This document shows, piece after piece, positions 18,660 through 26,971 of a DNA stretch of 64,000 nt. This DNA comes from a virus. Under the pieces are notes generated by a model, which ran no database searches, was not told where the DNA came from, and worked only from the letters and a program-made list of their open reading frames with translations. Location: positions 1 through 64,000 of the IMG/VR virus record IMGVR_UViG_3300049027_000072, one strand, 5' to 3'. How positions within the stretch are numbered: position 1 is the stretch's first letter; every line of letters begins with the position of its first letter. Position numbers and translations under genes: made by a program.

Positions 18660-18838
18660 ACACCGAGGACTACGCCGCGATCGAGCGGCACATCCGCGAG
18701 CAATCGAACGACGCCGTTCCGGAACCGCCTGATGGCGCACAGGTTCAGGACCGCACCGTGCAGGAGTTGAAGCGCGCCATCCAACGGTCGCGCCCCAAGC
18801 ATTTCACCCAAGGAGAAAAGGCTGATGAAGCTCGTTGA
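18656..18838 (+). CDS. Small hypothetical protein in the lysis cassette
   Basis: ATGA overlap with the endolysin stop; 60 aa. Confidence 0.45.
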   Translation: MNTEDYAAIERHIREQSNDAVPEPPDGAQVQDRTVQELKRAIQRSRPKHFTQGEKADEAR

Positions 18839-19097
18839 GAACTGGCAGCAGGCCCCGCGCATGTACGTCGTGCAGGTGCTGGCCGTGATTGCCATCGTGC
18901 AGGCCGTATGGGCCGAGCTGCCGCCAGAGATCGTGGCCAAGCTGCCTGCCGGATTCGTCCACTACGTCACCGCCGCGCTGGCGGTTGGCGGAATCGTCGC
19001 TCGCGTGATCAAGCAGTTCTACGCGCAACAGGGCCAGCAGGACGAGCAGTGGCCTGTGACCCACCCAGAAGACCCAACCAAGGACGCCCACCAATGA
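18825..19097 (+). CDS. Holin candidate (two transmembrane segments)
   Basis: 90 aa with two hydrophobic helices (MYVVQVLAVIAIVQAVW and FVHYVTAALAVGGIVARVI) and a charged C-terminus. Confidence 0.55.
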   Translation: MKLVENWQQAPRMYVVQVLAVIAIVQAVWAELPPEIVAKLPAGFVHYVTAALAVGGIVARVIKQFYAQQGQQDEQWPVTHPEDPTKDAHQ

Positions 19098-19447
19098 AAC
19101 GATTCGCCTGGGGATGGCTCGCCATCTTCGCTTTCGCAATGCTATCGGCCTGCGCCAGCCTCGGCGTGCCGCCGGCTGACACCTTCGCCAAGCGCCTTGC
19201 AGCGGGCTACGTCACGGTGCAGACCGTCGCCGACAGCGCGGCCAAGCTCCATGCCGCCGGGCGCATCACCTCGGACGAGGCGCGGCATGTCCGGTCCGGG
19301 CTGCAAGAGACGCTCGCCGGTCTCGACGCCGCGCGCGCCGTCGGTGCCACTGACCCCGCCGCTGCACAAACCCGCCTGCAGGCCAGCATCCAGATGCTCA
19401 CGGCTCTACAGGCCTACCTCTCCACCAAGCAAGGGACGACCCCATGA
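19094..19447 (+). CDS. Lipoprotein (o-spanin candidate)
   Basis: ATGA overlap. The signal peptide has a lipobox: MKRFAWGWLAIFAFAMLSAC. Confidence 0.55.
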   Translation: MKRFAWGWLAIFAFAMLSACASLGVPPADTFAKRLAAGYVTVQTVADSAAKLHAAGRITSDEARHVRSGLQETLAGLDAARAVGATDPAAAQTRLQASIQMLTALQAYLSTKQGTTP

Positions 19448-19647
19448 AGACCGCAGAGCTACTCGATGTGATCCTCGTCGGACTGACACATCTTGCCGAG
19501 CTGCAGGCGCTGTACCAGCGCGCCGCAGCCGAGGGCCGCGACCTCACGCCCGAAGAGGTGGAGCAGGTTCGCGCGAAGGCCGTGGGCGCCATTGATTCTC
19601 TCGGACGCCAGATCGAGACTGCAGCCACCGATAGTCATCCGGGATGA
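19444..19647 (+). CDS. Hypothetical protein
   Basis: ATGA overlap; 67 aa; last gene of the + strand late block. Confidence 0.45.
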   Translation: MKTAELLDVILVGLTHLAELQALYQRAAAEGRDLTPEEVEQVRAKAVGAIDSLGRQIETAATDSHPG

Positions 19648-19691
19648 TGAGACTGGGCCGCGCGGGGAAACTCGCGGCACTGCTACAGGCA

Positions 19692-19901
19692 TCAGCTGCC
19701 GCGCGGCGTAAGCCACACCCGATCAATGATGCAGTCGACATCAACCCCGCGGCCCGCCGGGATGATGGTCGGCGCGTCAGAGCCTGGTAACCAAAGCAAT
19801 GTCAGGCCATCGGCCGTGACGTCGATGTGTATGCGCTGCAACCCGTCATTCGTGTGCGGCAGTGCCACCTGCGCATTTGCATACCTCGCAAGCTCGGTCA
19901 T
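19692..19901 (-). CDS. Hypothetical protein
   Basis: 69-aa ORF convergent with the late operon; no recognisable motif. Confidence 0.35.
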   Translation of the reverse strand: MTELARYANAQVALPHTNDGLQRIHIDVTADGLTLLWLPGSDAPTIIPAGRGVDVDCIIDRVWLTPRGS

Positions 19902-20016
19902 TAGATCCTCTCCGTCAGTTGCAGGTCAGGGAGATGGTAGCCGCCCCAAGATCTAGGGAGGGCACATCGGATGCTGGCCCCTCGTTGCACCACAACGTCG
20001 CAACGAGGAGTTCACC

Positions 20017-20718
20017 ATGGGCATCCACAGGATCTGGTCCACGGGTATGGCAGCGCTCGTGCTGGCACTGCCGGTTAGAGCGGCAATAGTTCCCGGTCCG
20101 CAGACCTTCGCTTCGATCGGGCCGGTAGAGGGCGCCGTGATCGACATGGACCTCAACGACGGGGTGGAGGCAGCCATCTCGTTCTCGTTGACCGAGTACC
20201 GCTCGCATGAGCTGGTTGGCTTCCTGCAGGACCTGGACACCGGCCACGTGACAACGTCGGTATTCGACACGCGCTTCACAGAATCCGACGCAGTGAACCC
20301 GGATGAGGTGCTGCTCGCGCAGCCATTCACCGCCGATACCGAGTTCGCTCCGTGGCGCGTCGTCGATCAGATCAGCATTGGCGAGTCATGGGATGTCGGC
20401 ATCACGCCAAACACCCGCGTGACCATTCGGATGCAAGCCTCCGCGCATGAAGCGGCCCCATATCGGGGTAGGGCGTCCGCCTCATTCAACGTTGGAGGCC
20501 AGTCGTTGAGCGAAGTCCTGACGGAGGGTATGAAGACGTTCGAGTTCTCCTTCACGACGGGCGCTGCAACAGCACAGGCTACCTTCGCCCGGGCAGTGCA
20601 GGCCGACACAGCTGCGCAGCGCCTTGGAGACCCGATATCGCCCGTTCCGGAACCGGCTGCCTGGGCGATGATGCTGGCCGGTATGGGTGCTGTTTTGCTA
20701 CGTCGCCGCGTCCAATGA
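20017..20718 (+). CDS. Secreted PEP-CTERM sorting-domain protein
   Basis: N-terminal signal peptide (MAALVLALPVRAA). The C-terminal SPVPEPAAWAMMLAGMGAVLLRRRVQ has the PEP motif, a TM helix and an Arg cluster. Confidence 0.75.
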   Translation: MGIHRIWSTGMAALVLALPVRAAIVPGPQTFASIGPVEGAVIDMDLNDGVEAAISFSLTEYRSHELVGFLQDLDTGHVTTSVFDTRFTESDAVNPDEVLLAQPFTADTEFAPWRVVDQISIGESWDVGITPNTRVTIRMQASAHEAAPYRGRASASFNVGGQSLSEVLTEGMKTFEFSFTTGAATAQATFARAVQADTAAQRLGDPISPVPEPAAWAMMLAGMGAVLLRRRVQ

Positions 20719-20892
20719 ACGTCGGCCTGTGCGCCTTGACCCGACCCAGACAATGCCGCCTCCGAGAAGGAACATGGCCATCGTTTCAGGCTCTGGCACG
20801 GGGCTGGCGATGACGGGCAGTGTGCTCAGGTCGAGTACCCACAGCCCTGTCCCGCCGCTACACACCATACCGCCCCCCTCATGCGGCGGCAT
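20698..20892 (-). pseudogene. Remnant of a second PEP-CTERM gene (C-terminal sorting tail only)
   Basis: The 64-aa ORF contains SPVPEPETMAMFLLGGGIVWVGSRRTGRR and has no signal peptide. Its 3' end overlaps the 3' end of the convergent PEP-CTERM gene. Confidence 0.45.
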
Positions 20893-20985
20893 GCTACGGA
20901 ACGCGCCGCGAGCCTAGAATGACGAAGCCCGCAGACGAGTGCGAATCGCTGCGGGCCCCTGACCAATCGGCGAAAGGACCGCTTC

Positions 20986-21288
20986 ATGGCTGCCGACAAT
21001 CCTACCCTCACATCGGACGACTGGAAGGCGTACGTCGGAGACGTGGCCGCCCGCGCGGCGGATGAGGAACGCCGCGCCGCGCTGATGGCCCAACTTGCCC
21101 AGGCCGAGCGGCTGCTTTTCGACGAGGGCTACACGACCGACGACCCGTGGCCCGGGATCGTCTACAAGCCCGGCCACGTAGGCTCGGAGCGGCGCGTCGA
21201 TATCGATACGTGGGTGATGATGCGAGCCCTTGTGCGCGGCATGGGAGAGGCGATATTGCGGCAGGACGCCAAGCGACAGGCCCGCTAG
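20986..21288 (+). CDS. Hypothetical protein
   Basis: 100-aa ORF with balanced composition. Confidence 0.45.
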   Translation: MAADNPTLTSDDWKAYVGDVAARAADEERRAALMAQLAQAERLLFDEGYTTDDPWPGIVYKPGHVGSERRVDIDTWVMMRALVRGMGEAILRQDAKRQAR

Positions 21289-21418
21289 CCCTTGTCGTGC
21301 CGCGACTGCCATGCCTTGCGCTCGTTCGCCAGCGTGCTCTGCGCCTTCTTCGTGAGGTCGGCTTCCCCTCCGCGTCGATGAGCACCTCCGTGACGCTGCA
21401 ACGTCGGCTCGCCTACTG

Positions 21419-21613
21419 TCACCCCTCAACATCCCCACCCGGCGAGATGAGCTTCGCGCCGTGCCCGCTTACCGATGCACGAACGCTGAACCAGCGCTTG
21501 CGGGCGAGGGTTTCGCTCTTGAACGAGCCAAGCTCCTTGTCGCCGAGCACGATGCGCCAGCGGCCAGAATCGGACGACGGTGGATGCTTTGGCTTGCTCG
21601 GCTTCGTGACCAC
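21419..21613 (-). CDS. Hypothetical small protein
   Basis: 64-aa ORF. A further 45-aa ORF (21285-21422) is GTGA-coupled to its stop. Confidence 0.3.
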   Translation of the reverse strand: MVTKPSKPKHPPSSDSGRWRIVLGDKELGSFKSETLARKRWFSVRASVSGHGAKLISPGGDVEG

Positions 21614-21833
21614 GATCTAGCGTAGGTGGATGAGCGGTCCGGGCGCTACTCCGGATCCTCGGATTGCACGATTTCGGGACCATACCGACGTTGCGCCGGC
21701 CACTTGAAGCGCTGTGCTGAACGTTGGCCTCTTTCGCGTGCTGGCTGCCGGGATCCCCGAGGCCCACGTCTGGGCGTGTCTGCTTTCCACGCCGCCGCTC
21801 ATCGCCCGACAATTGTAGGGAACCACAAGAAGA

Positions 21834-22223
21834 ATGCGCCTCTTCCTCGTCTCCATACTGCTCGCTGGTTGTGCCGTGCAGGCTGACACCGTGACCGTGC
21901 AGCCGCTCGTAGAGCAGCGCTACTGCGGCCCGCCAGCGCGAAATCCGGACGGCTCGATCCGGCGCCGTGCGGACGTGCTGGCTGCGTTCCAGCGCGCGCA
22001 CCCATGTCCGTCCACCGGCGCAACGACAGGGGCTTGCCCTGGATGGTCCAAGGACCATGTCGTGCCACTTGCCGCCTGCGGCTGCGATGCCGTCTCGAAC
22101 CTGCAGTGGCTCCCTGACGGCGCGAAGTCAGCGTCCGGCGACCTGCCGAAGGATCGATGGGAGCGGAAGGTCTACACGTGCCCGGGAGCGCCCGCCCCGG
22201 CGGTGCTCGATCCAGGCGCCTGA
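21834..22223 (+). CDS. Lipoprotein with an HNH-nuclease-like motif
   Basis: Lipobox MRLFLVSILLAGC. The motif is FQRAHPCPSTGATTGACPGWSKDHVVPLAACGCDAVSNLQWLP...KDRWE. Confidence 0.6.
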   Translation: MRLFLVSILLAGCAVQADTVTVQPLVEQRYCGPPARNPDGSIRRRADVLAAFQRAHPCPSTGATTGACPGWSKDHVVPLAACGCDAVSNLQWLPDGAKSASGDLPKDRWERKVYTCPGAPAPAVLDPGA

Positions 22224-23224
22224 CGACCACGACTCATCAGGCGCTGCCGCATTGAGCCGGCAGCCTCGTAGGCGGCGCGGGCCATGCCGGTGAACGTGCG
22301 CATGTTGCAAGCCATGAGCCCGATCCGCTCGCGCCGGTGCGTCATCCACGCGGCTTTGTACGGGTCGTCGCCAGTGAGGTAGTCCACCTCTGTGACCTTG
22401 TCGACGTCCAGCGCATGGCGCATCAGGTGCGCTGTGAGCAGCGTGCCGGCTGAGGTCTTTGCGTATTCCTCGTCGTAGGCGAGCTTCCAGATGTGCGCCT
22501 TGCCGTCGACGACGAACCAGAAGTGGGCGGCGATGGGCACGCCGCACATTGAGGCAATACCCAGCCGCAGCCACCCGCGCTCGGCGCAGATCCTGGCCCA
22601 GCCGCGGGCGAAGTTAGGGTAGGGCTCCGGCTGCTTCCATGACTTCGCGTAGACCGCCTCGTAGGCATCCATGCCCGCGTCCACTTCATCCGGCTCCGTG
22701 AAGATCCGAAGATCGCCGGGGAACGCCTTGCCCTTGCGGGTGATGGTGTTGCGCAACTGCGAGCCGCGCCCCTTGAGGTAGGTCTCGAAGGGCTGGCCGG
22801 CCAGGTACCAGTTCCCATGGCAGAAGTAGCGCCGGACGTACCAGTGCCTGTCCTCCAGCGCCGTCTGGAGCTCGCCGGTGGACGGTTCCTCGGCATCGAG
22901 CGGTCCGAATGCGATCCACGGGCAGCGGTTGAGTTCGCGCACCAGGTGCCGCGCGGGGCTGGATTCGCCGGTGGTGACCCATGGGGTGTAGAGGCTGGCG
23001 TAGTAGTTGGTCAGCGGCCGGACGGTGCGGCCGTCGTCGTAGAGCAGCATCACGCTCTCGCCGCCGATCAGGCTCTCGGGCGCGAGGATGGTCCAGCTCG
23101 GCTCCACGATCTGTTCGACCAAGTGGAGCAGCCAGGCCGACTTCGCGAACGGGTTTGTGCAGGCGTCGAAGATTTCAGCCCGCGATTCGACGAACGCGAG
23201 CGCTTCGGCTTTTGATAGCCGCAT
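22172..23224 (-). CDS. FemAB/CelD-like GNAT acyltransferase (Acetyltransf_6-type)
   Basis: ATG at 23224 is preceded by GGGAGAGGG. Motifs are YAKSWKQPEPYP, GWLRLGI..M.GVPIAAHFW....GKAHIWKLAYDEEYAKTSAGT and DYLTGDDPYKAAWM. Confidence 0.65.
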   Translation of the reverse strand: MRLSKAEALAFVESRAEIFDACTNPFAKSAWLLHLVEQIVEPSWTILAPESLIGGESVMLLYDDGRTVRPLTNYYASLYTPWVTTGESSPARHLVRELNRCPWIAFGPLDAEEPSTGELQTALEDRHWYVRRYFCHGNWYLAGQPFETYLKGRGSQLRNTITRKGKAFPGDLRIFTEPDEVDAGMDAYEAVYAKSWKQPEPYPNFARGWARICAERGWLRLGIASMCGVPIAAHFWFVVDGKAHIWKLAYDEEYAKTSAGTLLTAHLMRHALDVDKVTEVDYLTGDDPYKAAWMTHRRERIGLMACNMRTFTGMARAAYEAAGSMRQRLMSRGRQAPGSSTAGAGAPGHV

Positions 23225-23345
23225 GTGGTTGTCCCTCTCCCATTCCGCCCCTATGGCCGGTAACGACCGCTGGCGGATGGGCAAAAGCTGTATGGGTGAA
23301 CCCCTATCGAGAGGGGAAGCGATGGCGTCTTTTGGGGGTGACGCG

Positions 23346-23368
23346 ATTCACTCATTCCTCACACACGA
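23346..23368 (+). repeat. Direct repeat copy 1 (ATTCACTCA-N4-TCACACACGA); candidate Int arm-type site
   Basis: 19 of 23 nt are identical to 23533-23555. It overlaps a perfect 10-bp hairpin (23357-23380). Confidence 0.5.
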
Positions 23369-23399
23369 TGGTGTGTGAGGCGCGCAGAGCGAGCATTGG

Positions 23400-23450
23400 C
23401 GCGGGTTGCGGGCTGGCCGCCAGGGGGTTCGAGTCCCTCCGGGCAGGCCA
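23400..23450 (+). other. tRNA 3'-end-like fragment (T-arm, acceptor strand, CCA); attP/att core candidate
   Basis: GGGGG-TTCGAGT-CCCTC (23423-23439), then CGGGCAG-G-CCA (23440-23450). No complementary 5' acceptor strand (CTGCCCG) lies upstream, so this is not an intact tRNA. Confidence 0.5.
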
Positions 23451-23532
23451 ACGATACTGCTCCTAAGTCGTTGATTTGCCATGTTGTTTGCCTGTTGCTG
23501 GTGTCAGCGATATGGCACCGATAGGGCGCCGA

Positions 23533-23555
23533 ATTCACTCACTTTTCACACACGA
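23533..23555 (+). repeat. Direct repeat copy 2 (ATTCACTCA-N4-TCACACACGA), overlapping the int stop
   Basis: See copy 1. The two copies flank the tRNA-like segment, 187 bp apart. Confidence 0.5.
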
Positions 23556-24738
23556 GTGGAGTCTCGGGTGCGGTCCAAAGTCTTGCCATCCCATACTTGC
23601 GCGGCGGCCTGTCAAAGCCTAACCGCTCGCCTTGCTCCACCCAGCGGCCGTAGGTCCGAATGACCATCTCCACGGTCTTGTGGCCGAGCAGCTTGGCGAT
23701 GTAGGCCGGGTTCTCGCCTTGGCTCAGGAGCTGGCTCGCGAAGGTGTGGCGCAATTGGTATGGGTTGCGGTAGGCAATCCCGGTGTGCTTGTGGGCGCGC
23801 TTCCACACTCCGGCCAGCTTCTTGTCGTCCCACGCCTTGTCCTTACGCGTGCTGCGCGCGTTCTGGAACACGCGGTCGCCCGATAGCAGGGTGAACTGGC
23901 GCTGCAGCTCGAACGCTTCGAGCGCTGCCGGCAGCAGCGGGATAGTGCGCCGCCCGGCCTTGGTCTTGGGGCGCGGCTTGTCCTTGCGCTCGGTGGTCGT
24001 CTCTTCAATGCGGATGGAGCCCGCCTCCAGGTCCACGCGCGGCCAGCGCAGGCCGACCTGCTCGCCGGTGCGCACCCCGGTGTAGGCCCAGGCCTGGAAC
24101 ACGTACCGCTCTGCCGGCGGCAGGTTGGCCAGCAGCGCGTGAATCTCCGCCTCGGTGTACGGCTCCGGCTCGAAGTCGCTCTCGCGCTTGTCGGGCGGCA
24201 CGAGGCCGGCGAGGTCGACCCGGTCCAGCGGGCTCGTCTTGATGATTTCGTCGGCCACGGCCTCGTTGAGCACATTCCGCAGAGGCAGCAGCCGGTTGCG
24301 GATGGTCTTGAGGCACACCGTCTGCAGGCCGACCCATTCCCGGATGTCTGCCGGCGTGAGGTCTGGGATGCGCTTGGTGCCGCACCAGGGCACGAGCTGG
24401 TGGTCGATGGCCTTGCGGTACGCTGCAAAGGTCGATGCCTCCAGGGTGTTCTTCACTCGGTCGCGGTAGGCCTCCAGCGCATCCTTGAGCGTCGGCGTGC
24501 GTCCTGGCCCGTGGCCGAAGACCGCGGCGCGCGGCGACTTCGGGAAGTAGTCGTCATAGCGGAAGTCGCCCCGGGTGATCTTGCCCAGGATCTCCGCGCG
24601 TAGGCGCTCACAGTAGGTGTCGTTTGCCTTGGTGTGGGGCAGTGCCAGCGGCTCGCGGCACTGCACCCCCATGAATGAAAACGCGATGCGGTAGAGCTGC
24701 TTGCCACCCTTGCGGGTGACGCGCGTAATGCCGTTCAC
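23539..24738 (-). CDS. int: Tyrosine integrase
   Basis: C-terminal catalytic motifs ...LRHTFASQLLSQGENPAYIAKLLGHKTVEMVIRTYGRW. The GTG at 24738 overlaps the xis stop (GTGA). The alternative listed start is 24810. Confidence 0.9.
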   Translation of the reverse strand: MNGITRVTRKGGKQLYRIAFSFMGVQCREPLALPHTKANDTYCERLRAEILGKITRGDFRYDDYFPKSPRAAVFGHGPGRTPTLKDALEAYRDRVKNTLEASTFAAYRKAIDHQLVPWCGTKRIPDLTPADIREWVGLQTVCLKTIRNRLLPLRNVLNEAVADEIIKTSPLDRVDLAGLVPPDKRESDFEPEPYTEAEIHALLANLPPAERYVFQAWAYTGVRTGEQVGLRWPRVDLEAGSIRIEETTTERKDKPRPKTKAGRRTIPLLPAALEAFELQRQFTLLSGDRVFQNARSTRKDKAWDDKKLAGVWKRAHKHTGIAYRNPYQLRHTFASQLLSQGENPAYIAKLLGHKTVEMVIRTYGRWVEQGERLGFDRPPRKYGMARLWTAPETPLVCEK

Positions 24739-24944
24739 TTTCTTTTTCCGTGCTGGTGGGCGGGCGTCTTCCCCGCCGCCCAGTCCTCCACCGCCCGTAG
24801 GTTGATCCACAGGTCACTGCTCCCCTCAGGTTTCCTTGCGTGTACATCCCGCAGCCAATGGCCGCGGCGTAGCCGGGCTGTGACGGCTTCAGCCGTCTCG
24901 CCGGTCGTGGCGATGTACCTTGGAAGTGGAACCCAGTCCAACAT
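24735..24944 (-). CDS. xis: Excisionase-like DNA-binding protein
   Basis: 69 aa immediately upstream of int and coupled to it. Sequence is WVPLPRYIATTGETAEAVTARLRRGHW...WINLRAVEDW. Confidence 0.65.
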   Translation of the reverse strand: MLDWVPLPRYIATTGETAEAVTARLRRGHWLRDVHARKPEGSSDLWINLRAVEDWAAGKTPAHQHGKRK

Positions 24945-25025
24945 AGAAGTTAGGGGGTGGTGTCCTGGTGGTGCGGCGGGGTAGAGTGAGCGGGGGATTA
25001 CGTCGCTTGTGTGTGCGGGGCTACT

Positions 25026-25760
25026 CTATTGGGGGTGGTGGGGTTGGGGCAGGCGCTTGAACTCGATGCACCAGACCCAAGGATTCGCATCCCATGCGCC
25101 TTGCCCGTTGAGCTGCTCCCACAAAGTCCGGTACCCGCGCTGTGGGTAGTTGGTGCGGCGGGCGAACTGCTCTGGCGTCTCACTGCTGCCTATGCAGGCC
25201 GGGAAGTTCGGCATGGATGCCGGATCAAGACATGCGCCCTCTGCCAGCGCATCCTCGTAGCTGATGTCCTGCAGCCGCTCCACCCGCACGCCGGTCACCT
25301 CAAGCGTGATGCGGCTGGCCCAGCGTGGCATGTGGATGCTGGGTGTCCAGCGGATCGGCCCGTGCAGCCAGTCGGCCGCGTAGTTGCAGAAGCGCTGGTG
25401 ATGGAAGCGCTCGGGGATCTCGCTGACGGTGCGGCCGCAGCCGTTCCACTGGGTCGATGCCCAGGTGTCGTCGATCGGCGGATCGGGCGCCCAGGTCTCG
25501 CGCACCCAGAGCGTGTCCCCCGGTTCGCCGTGTGGGCACCCGATGATTTCCCCTGTCCGTGTGTGGCCGATGACGTTCTGGAAGGGGACCGTCTGACCGT
25601 CGCGCGTACGGCCGCCATTTGGGCCACCCCATGGCAGGACCTCCCACCGACCCGGTGGGTTCTCGTGCGGTAGCTTCACGACCCGCCGCGTCTGCGTCTT
25701 CGTGCCGGCCAGCAGCGCGCGCACCATCGGGGCCGAGAAAAGAATGGGCCTCTCCTTCAC
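25026..25760 (-). CDS. ASCH-domain-like phage protein
   Basis: GTG at 25760 with AGGAGA 8 nt upstream. The N-terminal ILFSAPMVRALLAGTKTQTRR and ...GDTLWVRETW are typical of prophage ASCH-like proteins. Confidence 0.5.
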   Translation of the reverse strand: MKERPILFSAPMVRALLAGTKTQTRRVVKLPHENPPGRWEVLPWGGPNGGRTRDGQTVPFQNVIGHTRTGEIIGCPHGEPGDTLWVRETWAPDPPIDDTWASTQWNGCGRTVSEIPERFHHQRFCNYAADWLHGPIRWTPSIHMPRWASRITLEVTGVRVERLQDISYEDALAEGACLDPASMPNFPACIGSSETPEQFARRTNYPQRGYRTLWEQLNGQGAWDANPWVWCIEFKRLPQPHHPQ

Positions 25761-25957
25761 GCTCCATCTCCTGTAGGGGTTGGCCTTGCCTTGCGTGAGA
25801 GGCGGCGTTCGTGGCGTTCGGCGAGGTATCCGTGCCACATGGCGCCCGCCAACCAACAAATGCTGACGAATATGGCGCCTATGCGACCCGAAGAAGTCGC
25901 GGCCCAAACGCTCGAACAGACGTAGCCTGTTGCTGAATAGATGTGGTACTTGTTCAT
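25757..25957 (-). CDS. Small membrane protein
   Basis: 66 aa with two hydrophobic segments; its stop overlaps the next start (GTGA). Confidence 0.5.
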   Translation of the reverse strand: MNKYHIYSATGYVCSSVWAATSSGRIGAIFVSICWLAGAMWHGYLAERHERRLSRKARPTPTGDGA

Positions 25958-26472
25958 TTGCTCATCTCGCTTGGCTGCCCACCTGGCGCGACGGTGGAGC
26001 GCATCGCGTCGTCAATGGTGCGGAGCACGTCGTCGTACTCTGCGAGCCACTCCGCGCCGTCCTGGTTGGTGACGCGGCCGGTGTACGGATCGACGTGGCA
26101 AGCCCAAACCTCCTGCCGGTCATCCTGAATGCGCGCCCTGGCATTGACCAGCGCGGCCCGCAGCCTCTCCACCTCATGACGGGTCGTCATGATGGTGTCG
26201 TCCATCATGCTGAGCAGTTGCCGCAGCTTTTTGCGCTCGGCCGCAAGACCGCGCTTTTCCGTCTTCATCCTCTCCACCTCTGCCTGTATGGAGCGGATAC
26301 GGGAGAGGGCGGCGGCATGGTCGGCGAGCGGCCGGCCATCCTCGTGAGGGAGGATTGCGAACACCTGCTTCTGCAGATACACCGAGCCGAACCCATGCTC
26401 AGTGAGTGAGCGCGCCCCGTCCCGGTACAGCCACGCCACCACCGGCAGGTCTACGCCTTCGGGTGTGCTCAT
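25954..26472 (-). CDS. Coiled-coil hypothetical protein
   Basis: ATG at 26472 after GAGGACGAGG; 172 aa. Confidence 0.55.
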   Translation of the reverse strand: MSTPEGVDLPVVAWLYRDGARSLTEHGFGSVYLQKQVFAILPHEDGRPLADHAAALSRIRSIQAEVERMKTEKRGLAAERKKLRQLLSMMDDTIMTTRHEVERLRAALVNARARIQDDRQEVWACHVDPYTGRVTNQDGAEWLAEYDDVLRTIDDAMRSTVAPGGQPSEMSK

Positions 26473-26639
26473 AGAACCTCGTCCTCTACCTGAATCGACT
26501 TGCCGCTGCGTAGTGCAGTCCACACGAGCCTGAGCAGGCGCCAGAAACCCATGAACTCGACACGCCCGCTGGGCCAATGAACCATCCACTCGGTGCTGGA
26601 CTTGTTCAGCGTCACGCGGAATGCGACCCTCGTGCTCAC
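26469..26639 (-). CDS. Small hypothetical protein (not in the ORF track)
   Basis: 56 codons. The GTG at 26639 overlaps the upstream stop (GTGA) and its TGA overlaps the next ATG (ATGA). Confidence 0.4.
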   Translation of the reverse strand: MSTRVAFRVTLNKSSTEWMVHWPSGRVEFMGFWRLLRLVWTALRSGKSIQVEDEVL

Positions 26640-26971
26640 TGCTGGCCCCCACCGGAGGCTCTGGCGATGACGCGGCGCAGATGCACCACAAGCGGATGTG
26701 CCAGTGCCATCGCCTTGGCTTGCTCCATCGTCAACGCGGGGTCTGCCGCATCCATCAACAGCGATATCAAAGCCAGCTCGGCCTCGCGAGAGCAGGAAAG
26801 CAGCTCCGGCGCCTGGGCAATCAGGCGTGCATTTGCGATCTGTTCAAGATCGGTCCTGCCGTGCGGCCACGCGACGGCGCATCCGGCAGAGTCCGACTTA
26901 ACGCTCGGCACAAGATCGCCGTTTGTGCAACTGGATTCGGTGAGCACCCACGGAGCTGGTGTGTGTGGCAT
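26636..26971 (-). CDS. Hypothetical protein
   Basis: ATG at 26971 shares its A with the upstream TGA; 111 aa. Confidence 0.55.
   Translation of the reverse strand: MPHTPAPWVLTESSCTNGDLVPSVKSDSAGCAVAWPHGRTDLEQIANARLIAQAPELLSCSREAELALISLLMDAADPALTMEQAKAMALAHPLVVHLRRVIARASGGGQQ

Noticed and set aside
21285-21422. A 45-codon minus-strand ORF GTGA-coupled to ORF 21419-21613.
   Set aside because: It is very short and Arg/Gly-rich in its first half, and it overlaps the 3' end of the + strand gene. The evidence is insufficient.
23380-23450. Possible intact tRNA gene next to the integrase.
   Set aside because: Only the T-arm, the 3' acceptor strand and CCA are recognisable. No complementary 5' acceptor strand, D-arm or anticodon arm could be folded upstream. 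It is treated as an att-core fragment.
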